A DNA stretch of 63,970 nt, counting the filler, from Myxococcota bacterium (GTDB lineage Bacteria; Myxococcota; Myxococcia; Myxococcales; Myxococcaceae): NCBI GenBank assembly GCA_049322255.1. It is 4 parts of 4 records of this genome, joined end to end, with 100 filler letters (N's around TTAATTAATTAA, not from the genome) between each part and the next. Parts side by side here need not be neighbours in the genome. Positions count along the whole stretch, not along the records: positions 36,747 to 54,903 come from JBMORE010000090.1; positions 55,004 to 63,970 come from JBMORE010000137.1; 2 more parts are not named here. The stretch is one strand, 5' to 3'. This document shows, in pieces, positions 54,760 to 62,830 of this stretch. The notes beneath the pieces were generated by a model, which was not told the DNA's origin, searched no databases, and saw only the letters and a program-made list of their open reading frames with translations. The translations under genes were made by a program, and so were the position numbers. Numbering within the stretch: position 1 is the first letter of the stretch; every line of letters starts with the position of its first letter.

Positions 54760-54903
54760 CTCATCATGCCAGGCTGGAGGCCGGCACCCCGTCTTGAACA
54801 GCCCTCGCCGATCCCGTACCTTGCCGCCTCGGCCGCTCCCCAGGTTCTCCCTTTGATCCGCTCCCTTGGACGTTCTTCCTGCCAGCTGGCGATCGCGACG
54901 CTC

Positions 54904-55003
54904 NNNNNNNNNNNNNNNNNNNNNNNNNNNNNNNNNNNNNNNNNNNNTTAATTAATTAANNNNNNNNNNNNNNNNNNNNNNNNNNNNNNNNNNNNNNNNN
55001 NNN
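54904..55003. other. Artificial contig linker
   Basis: N-run/TTAATTAATTAA/N-run. Confidence 0.97.
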
Positions 55004-57445
55004 AACCTCGCTCCGACGCTGGCGGCCATCGGCACCCAGACGGTGGCGGAGGGCGCCCAGCTCACCTTCACCGTGTCGGCCACCGACCCCAACACGGGTG
55101 ACGTGATGACCTACTCGGCCAGCCCCATTCCCTCGGGGGCGACCTTCGACCCCGCCACCGGCACCTTCACCTGGACGCCGAATTACACCCAGGCGGGCTC
55201 GTACACCGTGACCTTCACCGCCACCGACAACGGCGTTCCTGCTTTGAGCGACTCCAAGCAGGGGGTCATCACCGTCACCAACGTGAACAACGCGCCGATT
55301 CTCGCCTTCATCGGCAACAAGGCGGTGGCGGAGGGAGCCAACCTCACCTTCGTGGTGAGCGCGAACGACCCCAACGGAGACACCGTCACCCTCGCCGCCG
55401 CTCCGCTTCCCAACAACGCGAGCTTCAGCCCCTCCACCGGGACTTTCACCTTCAATCCGGCCTTCGGCCAAGCGGGCACCTACTCGGTGACCTTCACCGC
55501 CACCGACAACGGCAGCCCGCAGATGAGCGACAACGAGACCATCTCCATCGTGGTCGGCGCGGTGAATCGCGCTCCGACGCTGGCCAACCCCGGCTTCCAG
55601 ACCATTGGCGAGGCCGCGACCTTGGCCTTCAACCTCTCCGCTTCGGACCCCGACGGAAACGGGCTCACCTACAGCGCGACGGGACTTCCCACGGGGGCGA
55701 CGCTGAACGCCGCGACGGGCGCATTCTCCTGGACCCCGACCTATCTGCAGGCCGGCTCGTACCAGGTGACCTTCATCGTCACCGATGACGGAGCCCCCAA
55801 CCTCTCCGCCCAGCAGTCGACGACCATCACCGTCAACAACACCAACCGCGCCCCGGTCATCTCGCCCATCGCCAATATCTCCTCGCCCGAGGGGACGGCG
55901 ATCAGCTTCACCGTCTCGGCGTCGGACCCCGACTTGGATGGGGTGACGTTGTCGGCTTCGTCTCTGCCCGCGGGAGCGACCTTCAACCCCTCGACGGGGG
56001 TGTTCAGCTGGACGCCGACCTACTCCCAGTCGGGCACGTACTCGCCCACCTTCACCGCCACCGATGACTACAATCCGACGGCTTCGTCGAACGCGACCCC
56101 GACCTTGACCATCAACAACGTGCCGCTAACGGTGGTGACAGCGGTGTCCCCGAACCGGGGGCCGAGCACGGGGAATACCACGGTGGTGGTGACGGCTCCG
56201 GGGGTGAACACCGGAGCGACGGTGACCGTGAACGCGCTGTCCGCCACGGTACAGTCGGTCGACGAAGCTGCGGGCACGGTCACCATCAGGACCCCTGCCT
56301 CCTTGGGTACCGCTGCCCTGGTCGACGTCGTGGTCACCAACCCTGACACGAGCACGGCCACGGGCTCGAACATCTTCCGGTACTTCTACGGGCAGGTGAC
56401 TATGACCGGCTCGACGTATGGAGCGCCATGGGGGGTGGGCGGAGTCGCGCTCGCTGATATGGACCTCGACCTAGATCTGGACGTAGTGATCTCGGAGCAC
56501 CGCTGCGGTACGCGAGTTCAGGTTCGTTACAACGATGGTTCTGGAGATTTTCCCACCGCGAGCGCCGATTTCGATCCCGGCTTCGGCGGGTGCAACACCA
56601 ACAAGGTGACGACGGGGGATCTCGACGGAGATGGTCGTCCAGACATCATTCTCCCCCAACGCTGGGGGAACAACGTTCGGGTCATCCGCAATCCTTCGAC
56701 GGGTTTGGTGATGCTCTCGGCGGTAAACGTAGGCATTCAGAACAAGGGCGAGCCGGTGGTGGGCGATTTCGATGAAGACGGCAGGCTGGACGTCTTCTTC
56801 CTCGCAGGAAATGGCTCCGTCGCCTTCGCGAAAGGCGCCGGAGATGGAACCTTCTCAACCATCACGCAATGGGCCACGGGCCTGAACCGAGTAGGCCACG
56901 CCCGCGCGGTGGATATCGATGGTGATGGGAACCTCGATTTGGTCGGCAAGGGATACTGGGACAGGGTTACCAGCGTTCTCTATGGCGACGGGGCCGGCAA
57001 CTTCACCACCTACAACTACACTGCCAACATCGGTGGATGCCGCGATGCCCTCGAAGTCGCGGACAACGACCTCGATGGCGACATCGATATCTATGGCCTG
57101 ACGGGATGCGGGAATCCTGGGTATGTGTGGCGCAATAACGGCGACCGCAACTTCACCCAAGTGGACGTCTCCAGCGTCAATAACGATAGCCGGGAAGCCA
57201 GAAGGTTCGACGTCGATCGAGATGGCACCCCCGATACGTTCGTCAGCGCGCGCTGCAATAGCAATACACTGACCTTGAGCCGTGGCCAGGGTTGGCCCGG
57301 AACGATTTCAGCGTCAACGGCGTATTTGGGCTACTGCACCCGCACTGCCGCCATCGGCGACATCAATGGGGATGGCAAGGAGGACATCGTGGGAGGTGCA
57401 GGCGGGGGCGGGGTGCTGCAACGGTGGATCGTCACGTCTCAATGA
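55004..57445 (+). CDS. Large surface protein (5'-truncated): tandem Ig/cadherin-like repeats, IPT/TIG domain, FG-GAP propeller
   Basis: Four NxAP...EG...SAxDP...LPxGATF...FxWTP repeats; VSPNRGPSTG; multiple GDxDGDGxxD repeats. Confidence 0.88.
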   Translation, partial: NLAPTLAAIGTQTVAEGAQLTFTVSATDPNTGDVMTYSASPIPSGATFDPATGTFTWTPNYTQAGSYTVTFTATDNGVPALSDSKQGVITVTNVNNAPILAFIGNKAVAEGANLTFVVSANDPNGDTVTLAAAPLPNNASFSPSTGTFTFNPAFGQAGTYSVTFTATDNGSPQMSDNETISIVVGAVNRAPTLANPGFQTIGEAATLAFNLSASDPDGNGLTYSATGLPTGATLNAATGAFSWTPTYLQAGSYQVTFIVTDDGAPNLSAQQSTTITVNNTNRAPVISPIANISSPEGTAISFTVSASDPDLDGVTLSASSLPAGATFNPSTGVFSWTPTYSQSGTYSPTFTATDDYNPTASSNATPTLTINNVPLTVVTAVSPNRGPSTGNTTVVVTAPGVNTGATVTVNALSATVQSVDEAAGTVTIRTPASLGTAALVDVVVTNPDTSTATGSNIFRYFYGQVTMTGSTYGAPWGVGGVALADMDLDLDLDVVISEHRCGTRVQVRYNDGSGDFPTASADFDPGFGGCNTNKVTTGDLDGDGRPDIILPQRWGNNVRVIRNPSTGLVMLSAVNVGIQNKGEPVVGDFDEDGRLDVFFLAGNGSVAFAKGAGDGTFSTITQWATGLNRVGHARAVDIDGDGNLDLVGKGYWDRVTSVLYGDGAGNFTTYNYTANIGGCRDALEVADNDLDGDIDIYGLTGCGNPGYVWRNNGDRNFTQVDVSSVNNDSREARRFDVDRDGTPDTFVSARCNSNTLTLSRGQGWPGTISASTAYLGYCTRTAAIGDINGDGKEDIVGGAGGGGVLQRWIVTSQ

Positions 57446-57527
57446 CGAGCAGCCAGGCGCGGCCTCGCTTCCCCCGGTGGGGCCGCGCGCGGTTGCGTTT
57501 TTAAATCGATTGAGCCTATTGGCGGCC

Positions 57528-58424
57528 ATGACGAAAGCTTCTTCCTTTCGCGTGGCCGCCTTTCTTTTGTGGGTCGCGCAGGCCCTCGCCTGCCAGTCAC
57601 CTTCCAAACCCCGGCCGGTCGCCGTCCCTGAAGGCATTCAAATTCCGGTCGAGATAGACGGGAAAGAAGCCAGCCCGCTCAGTACCCAGCAGCTGCGAGG
57701 CATCGCTCCGGACTATGTCGCCGGAGATCGCTTCGCCTGGCGGCTGGGGGCCCTTCTGGGTCCCTCGTACACCCGGCCTGACTCCGTCCTCGAGGTGGAG
57801 CAGGCGGACGGGGTGAAGCTGCTCTTCACCCGCCCGGCGGAGAAAATCGACGGCCAGGAGCCGGTGCTGGCGCTCAACCGGCGGGGAGACGTGCTGGTCG
57901 CATTGATGAAGCCAGACAACCCCTTCCCCTCGTTCCACGGGCGCGGCGGCAACCGGGGACGAGAAGGAGATCCCTCCACCCGCATCCACGGCATCAAGCG
58001 AATTCGCTTGTTCCTCCTCCCGCGCGGAACCGAAGGCAGCGCCGAAGGAAAGCCAAAGCTCGCTCCGCCGGTGAAAGTGGTGGTGAAAGGGCGGCCGGAG
58101 ACGACCTGGACGCAGGAGGACTTCGACGAGGTGGAGCCCTTGGAAGTGATGAGCGAGTCCGGAGACGAGGAGCAGGAGGCCTGGCCGGTTCGTCCGCTCG
58201 CGGAGCAGCTCATCGGTCCGAAGGCCAGACTCGTCCGCGTCCGCGGCGAGAACGGTCACATGCTGGAGATAAAGCCCGAAGAGTGGCGCCAGCAGGAAAA
58301 GATTCCGGTCTTGAGGCTCAACCGCCGGGGCTTGATCAAGTTCCAGTGGGTGAGCGCCTCGAAGGAAGTGACGCCCAAAGACGAGGGGCTCCGCGGCGTC
58401 TCTCAGCTCGACTTCGAGCTTTGA
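57528..58424 (+). CDS. Lipoprotein with two internal repeats, possibly a sulfite-oxidase-like Moco-binding fold
   Basis: ALAC lipobox; both halves share AW-x-L/V-xx-L, V...G and PVLxLNRRG; fold call is tentative. Confidence 0.7.
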   Translation: MTKASSFRVAAFLLWVAQALACQSPSKPRPVAVPEGIQIPVEIDGKEASPLSTQQLRGIAPDYVAGDRFAWRLGALLGPSYTRPDSVLEVEQADGVKLLFTRPAEKIDGQEPVLALNRRGDVLVALMKPDNPFPSFHGRGGNRGREGDPSTRIHGIKRIRLFLLPRGTEGSAEGKPKLAPPVKVVVKGRPETTWTQEDFDEVEPLEVMSESGDEEQEAWPVRPLAEQLIGPKARLVRVRGENGHMLEIKPEEWRQQEKIPVLRLNRRGLIKFQWVSASKEVTPKDEGLRGVSQLDFEL

Positions 58425-58451
58425 ACCTGTGGTAGAGGTCGTCCCCTCTTG

Positions 58452-59729
58452 ATGGACCCAGGTCACGGATCAGCCGCTGCGTCGCCGAGCGAACGCGTGG
58501 ACGCGCGCCTGCGGGTCGTCTACCTCTTGGCCAGCGCGGTGGGGGTTTTCTTCCTTCGTACCCCCTGGCAGGTCACGGCGCTCCTGGGGCTTCAGCTACT
58601 GCTCTGGTTCCTCGTCCGCCTTCCTCTGCGGCGGCTGGTTCGCCAGACGCTCAAACTGTGGGGGTTCGGCCTCCTCGTGGTGAGCTCCTACGCCCTGACC
58701 GCTGACGACCCGAGCCTCGACCGCTGGGTACAGCTCCCTCTCTTCGGCGTGCACCTGTCGCTCAACATCTCCGGTGCCGGAGTGGGCGGGCTGATGGTGC
58801 TGCGTTTGGTCACCGTGGTGCTCGCCTCGTCGGTTGCGCGCGCGGGGAATGTCCGAGCCCTCGCGCTCGGGCTGAGCCAGCTTCGGGTGCCGCGGAGTTT
58901 TTCGGCCCCACTCGACGCTGTTCTTTCTCTAACGGGGGAAGACGAAGACCACCCTCTCCCTCGGGGAGAGGGCAGGGGTGAGGGGAGAGAGAGCGGCGGT
59001 GGCCGAGGCAACGGTGGCGGAAGGAAGGCCAAGGGCAGCTTCTGGGCAGCGCTCCAGCGGGTGAGCCAAGGCGACGTGAGCGCCATCACCGACAAGCTCG
59101 AGCGGCAGATTGGCCGGGCGGAGAAGCATTTGCATGAGTCGAGTGCTGACGCCCCTCACCCCAACGCTCTCCCAGAGGGAGAGGGGGCGCGGCGCGACTG
59201 GGCGGTCATCGCCGGGGTGGCGGCGAGCATGCTCGGCATCCGCGCGCTGAAAATCCTCCCCAGCATTCCCTTCGCTCCCGGCCACAAGCTGGTGCTCCTC
59301 ACCCCGCTGTACGTGGTGGCGTCGATGCAGACCAAGGGGCGCTGGGGCGGCACCCTCACCGGGCTCACCATGGGCACGGTGGCCTTCCTCCTCGGAGACG
59401 GGCGCTACGGGGTGTTCGAGATTCTCAAGCACCTGGTCCCCGGCGTGCTGTGCGACATCTTCTTGCCCCTCTTGCCGGGAGCGGGACGAAAGCTGGGCGG
59501 CCTGGGCTGGTCGCTCTTCGGGGGCCTCGTCGCCGCCGGGCGCTTCGCCACCATCCTCGCCATCACCTTCGTGCTTCAAACCCCCGCGGTGGCCTGGGCC
59601 ATTCTTCTCCCTGGGCTCACCGTGCACATGACGTTTGGCCTGTTGTCTGGGTACATCACCGCTCATCTCGTCAAGGCCGTAGAAGCGGCGGCCGCGCGCC
59701 GGGGGAGCATGGACAAGGAAGCAGCATGA
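58452..59729 (+). CDS. Membrane protein: EcfT/CbiQ-like N-terminus fused to an ECF S-component-like C-terminus
   Basis: RVDARLR...LRLVTV...LALGLSQLRVP (EcfT-like); C-terminal 5-6 TMs with PGH, GGTLTG, PGVLCD (S-component-like). Confidence 0.7.
   Translation: MDPGHGSAAASPSERVDARLRVVYLLASAVGVFFLRTPWQVTALLGLQLLLWFLVRLPLRRLVRQTLKLWGFGLLVVSSYALTADDPSLDRWVQLPLFGVHLSLNISGAGVGGLMVLRLVTVVLASSVARAGNVRALALGLSQLRVPRSFSAPLDAVLSLTGEDEDHPLPRGEGRGEGRESGGGRGNGGGRKAKGSFWAALQRVSQGDVSAITDKLERQIGRAEKHLHESSADAPHPNALPEGEGARRDWAVIAGVAASMLGIRALKILPSIPFAPGHKLVLLTPLYVVASMQTKGRWGGTLTGLTMGTVAFLLGDGRYGVFEILKHLVPGVLCDIFLPLLPGAGRKLGGLGWSLFGGLVAAGRFATILAITFVLQTPAVAWAILLPGLTVHMTFGLLSGYITAHLVKAVEAAAARRGSMDKEAA
58952..58985 (+). 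repeat. BoxC-like repeat inserted in frame in the ECF-like gene
   Basis: CCCTCTCCCTCGGGGAGAGGGCAGGGGTGAGGGG encodes PLPRGEGRGEG. Confidence 0.85.
59152..59186 (-). repeat. BoxC-like repeat (inverted) in frame in the ECF-like gene
   Basis: CCCCTCACCCCAACGCTCTCCCAGAGGGAGAGGGG encodes PHPNALPEGEG. Confidence 0.85.
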
Positions 59730-60565
59730 GCAGCTTTGCCAGCGGAGACGGGCGGCTCCACGTGGTCTCGCCCCTGATGAAGGAGTCTTTGGTCAATCGC
59801 CACGTCGCCGCCTCGACTCAGGTGGACCGAGAGCGGGCGATTCTCCCCGACGTCGTCTTGGTGGGCATCGGCGGTCAGTCCATCTTCGACCTCGGAAAGC
59901 AGGCCCTGCTGCCGCTGGTGGAGGAGATCGCCGCCGCCCGCGGTCGCCACCGCCTCTTGATGGGCGTGGGCGGAGGCACCCGGGTGCGCCACACCGTCTC
60001 CATCGCCCTGGACTTGGGGCTTCCCACTGGAGGGGTAGCGCAGCTGGTGGGCGCGATGGAGGAAGCCAACGCGGTGCTGCTCAACGCGCTCTTGGCCAAG
60101 CACGGCTCCATCGTGATGCAGCGGGAGCACTTCTGGGAGCTGCCCCTCTACCTGAACAGCGGAATGCTCCCCATCGTCATCAGCATTCCGCCCTACCACT
60201 TCTGGGAGCCCCCTCCGGAAGGAGGCCCCTTGCCCACCCACGGCTCGGACTTCGGCCTCTTCACCCACGCCGAAGTGCTAGGGATGCGCAAGGTCATCTT
60301 CGTCAAGGACGTCGACGGGCTCTACACCGCCGACCCCAAGCGCCACCCGGACGCGAAGCTCATTCGCCGCACCACCCTGGCCGAGCTTCTCCACCGGCTG
60401 CCCGAGGAGCTACCGCTGGACAAGGCTCTCTTCGCGGCCTGGCAGCACGCTCGTCATGTGCAAAAGGTGCAGCTGGTCAATGGCCTCAAAGCTGGTGAGC
60501 TCACCCGCGCGCTCGCCGGCGAGGACGTTGGAACCCTCATCGAGAAGGAGAGCGCCCATGCTTGA
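59726..60565 (+). CDS. mosA: Molybdenum storage protein alpha-like subunit (amino-acid-kinase fold)
   Basis: HVVSPL, IGG, LPLVEE, LDLGLP, PPYH, DVDGLYTADP, ARHVQKVQLVNGL, GEDVGTLI match Azotobacter MosA as recalled. Confidence 0.8.
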   Translation: MSSFASGDGRLHVVSPLMKESLVNRHVAASTQVDRERAILPDVVLVGIGGQSIFDLGKQALLPLVEEIAAARGRHRLLMGVGGGTRVRHTVSIALDLGLPTGGVAQLVGAMEEANAVLLNALLAKHGSIVMQREHFWELPLYLNSGMLPIVISIPPYHFWEPPPEGGPLPTHGSDFGLFTHAEVLGMRKVIFVKDVDGLYTADPKRHPDAKLIRRTTLAELLHRLPEELPLDKALFAAWQHARHVQKVQLVNGLKAGELTRALAGEDVGTLIEKESAHA

Positions 60566-61361
60566 GCGGCGAACCATCGACAGTCCGCTGGCCGGAGCGA
60601 CGCTGACCGGCGCGGCCGTCGCTGGCATCGACTACCAGCCGGTGGCGATGATGCCCGAGGTGAAGGTCATCAAGGTGGGTGGCCAGTCGGTGATGGACCG
60701 GGGCCGCTCGGCGCTCTTCCCGGTGCTCGACGAGCTGGTTTCCCTCAAGGACAAGCACCAGCTCCTCTTGTGCTGCGGGGGAGGAACGCGCGCGCGCCAC
60801 ATCTACTCTGTGGCCGCAGACCTGGAGATGCCCACCGGGCTGCTCGCCGCGCTGGGAGGCTACGTGCCACGGCAGAACGCGCGCATGCTGCAGATGCTCC
60901 TGGCCAAGCACGGAGGCGTCTTCATTCTTCACGACGACTTCGAGAAGCTGCCGATGTACTTCCGCGTCGGGTGCATTCCCATCATGACCGGCATGCCTCC
61001 TTTCGGTTACTGGGAGAAGCCGGGCGAGAACGGCCAAATCCCCGCGCACCGCACCGACGCCGGGGTGTTCCTCTCCGCCGAGGTGCTCGGAGCCAAGCGC
61101 GCTTACTTCGTCAAAGACGAAGACGGCCTCCATACCGACGACCCGAAGAAAAACCCCTCGGCGAAGCTGATTCCCCGCATCGGCGCCAAGGAGCTGATGA
61201 AAAAGAATCTGCCCGACCTGGTCGTCGAGCGGGTGGTCATCGAGTACCTGACGCGTTCCCGCTTCTGCCGTGAGCTGCAAATCGTCAACGGGCTGAAGAA
61301 AGGAATGCTCACCCGCGCGCTCGAGGGAGAGGATGTCGGCACCGTCATCTACCAGGACTGA
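60558..61361 (+). CDS. mosB: Molybdenum storage protein beta-like subunit
   Basis: VIKVGGQSVMDRGR, GTRARH, QNARML, GMPP, IPAHRTDAG, FVKDEDGL match MosB as recalled. Confidence 0.85.
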   Translation: MLERRTIDSPLAGATLTGAAVAGIDYQPVAMMPEVKVIKVGGQSVMDRGRSALFPVLDELVSLKDKHQLLLCCGGGTRARHIYSVAADLEMPTGLLAALGGYVPRQNARMLQMLLAKHGGVFILHDDFEKLPMYFRVGCIPIMTGMPPFGYWEKPGENGQIPAHRTDAGVFLSAEVLGAKRAYFVKDEDGLHTDDPKKNPSAKLIPRIGAKELMKKNLPDLVVERVVIEYLTRSRFCRELQIVNGLKKGMLTRALEGEDVGTVIYQD

Positions 61362-61367
61362 CGCCAG

Positions 61368-61403
61368 CCCCCTCTCCCTTTGGGAGAGGGAGGGGGTGAG
61401 GGG
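61368..61403 (+). repeat. BoxC-like repeat overlapping the probable modA start
   Basis: CCCCCTCTCCCTTTGGGAGAGGGAGGGGGTGAGGGG; its GTG at 61396 is in the modA frame. Confidence 0.85.
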
Positions 61404-62157
61404 CGTCAATCTTCCCTTCCTCCTCGCCATGCTCTTTTTGGCCGGCTGCGCGCGCGAGGAGAGCGCCCACAAAGAGCTGGTCATCGCCGCCGCCGCGAGC
61501 CTGCGGCCGGTGATGCCCCTTCTGGCGGAACGGTTTCGCCAAAAGCAGCCGGGTGAAGAGGTGCTCGTCACCTACGGAGCCTCGGGAGATTTGCGCCGGC
61601 AGGTGGAGCTGGGAGCGCCCATCGACGCGGTGTTCTTCGCCGCCGCCGAGCCCGTCGACCGGCTCGACCAAGCGGGGCTCCTCGATGCGAGCACGCGCAG
61701 AGTCGTCGCCACCAACGAGCTGGTGCTCATCGGCCCCAAGGAAGCGCCCCCGGTGACTTTCGCCGAGCTCTCCACCCTCGGAAAAGAAGCGAAGCTGGCC
61801 ATCGGCGAGCCGGCGGCGGTGCCGGCGGGACAATATGCCCGTGAGGCGCTGCGTACCCTCGGAAGTTGGGACGCCGTACAGCCCCACCTCGTTTTCGGCG
61901 GCGACGTGGCAGGCGTGCTTTCCTACGCCCGCCGCGGGGAGGTGCGCGCAGCCATCGTCTACCGCACCGAGGTGGCGGGCTTCGCCGACGTCGCCATCTA
62001 CGACGTCGCGCAGACGGCCTGGTCCCCGCGCCCCGAGGTGGTGGCCGCCGTCACCCGGCACGGGCAGCGTTCTTTCCGCGCCAAGGCGTTCCTCGATTTC
62101 ACCTCCTCCGCCGAAGGTCAAAAGGCCTTCCTCGCGAAGGGGTTTGGCTCGCCCTAA
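61396..62157 (+). CDS. modA: Molybdate ABC transporter substrate-binding lipoprotein
   Basis: LAGC lipobox, AAAASL, YGASGDL, GAPID, VPAGQYA. Confidence 0.93.
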   Translation: MRGVNLPFLLAMLFLAGCAREESAHKELVIAAAASLRPVMPLLAERFRQKQPGEEVLVTYGASGDLRRQVELGAPIDAVFFAAAEPVDRLDQAGLLDASTRRVVATNELVLIGPKEAPPVTFAELSTLGKEAKLAIGEPAAVPAGQYAREALRTLGSWDAVQPHLVFGGDVAGVLSYARRGEVRAAIVYRTEVAGFADVAIYDVAQTAWSPRPEVVAAVTRHGQRSFRAKAFLDFTSSAEGQKAFLAKGFGSP

Positions 62158-62161
62158 CGAA

Positions 62162-62830
62162 GTGGAGTCTTCACCGACATTCCCGATGGTCTTGAGCCTG
62201 TGGGTGGCCCTGCTGGCTTTGGTGGTCATCACCCCGCCCGGCATCGCCCTCGCGCTGGTGCAGGCCCGCCGGCACTACCGACTGAAAACCCTGGTCGAGT
62301 TTTTGGTCCTCTTGCCGATGATTCTGCCTCCCACCGTCGTCGGCTTCTTTCTCGTCTTCCTGCTCGGGCGCAAAGGAGCGCTCGGCCAACTTCTCGAGTC
62401 GGGCCTGGGGCTTCGGCTCATCTTCACCCCCGGCGCGGCGGTGGTGGCCTCCTGCGTGGTGTCTTTCCCCATCGTCGTCCGCACCGCCCAAGCCGCGTTC
62501 GAGGCGGTGCCCGTGGAGCTGGAAGAGGTCGGCCGCTCGATGGGCCTGGGGCCGCTCAAGACTTTTTTCCGGGTGACGCTGCCGATGGCTTGGCGCGGGG
62601 TGGTGGCGGCGCTGGTGCTGGCCTTCGCCCGTGCCATCGCCGAGTTCGGCGCCACCCTGATGTTCGCCGGCAACATCCCCGGAAGAACCAACACCATGCC
62701 GCTGGAGATTTTCGCCGCCTACCAGGCCGGAGATGATGCACGCGCGCTCAGCTACGTGCTGGTGATGACGGGTATCGCCGTCGCAGTGGTGCTGGTCACC
62801 TCGCGGCTGGGCCGCCGGAGAGCAGCGTGA
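62162..62830 (+). CDS. modB: Molybdate ABC transporter permease
   Basis: LPMILPPTVVGF, FARAIAEFGAT, GNIPGRTNTMP; start GTG 62162 or ATG 62186. Confidence 0.94.
   Translation: MESSPTFPMVLSLWVALLALVVITPPGIALALVQARRHYRLKTLVEFLVLLPMILPPTVVGFFLVFLLGRKGALGQLLESGLGLRLIFTPGAAVVASCVVSFPIVVRTAQAAFEAVPVELEEVGRSMGLGPLKTFFRVTLPMAWRGVVAALVLAFARAIAEFGATLMFAGNIPGRTNTMPLEIFAAYQAGDDARALSYVLVMTGIAVAVVLVTSRLGRRRAA

Noticed and set aside
54770..54900. Possible structured RNA (ends GCTGGAGG...CCTGCCAGC could pair)
   Set aside because: No recognisable 6S, SRP or riboswitch consensus, and it is cut by the contig end; needs an Infernal/Rfam scan
57446..57527. ModE box or Moco riboswitch upstream of the Mo operon
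   Set aside because: The 82-bp spacer has no ModE-like TATAT-N-TATAT pattern and is too short for the riboswitch
59726..61361. Calling the two AAK-fold genes uridylate kinases (pyrH)
   Set aside because: Paired paralogs with MoSto-type motifs next to modABC; PyrH KLSGE motif and rpsB-tsf-frr context are absent
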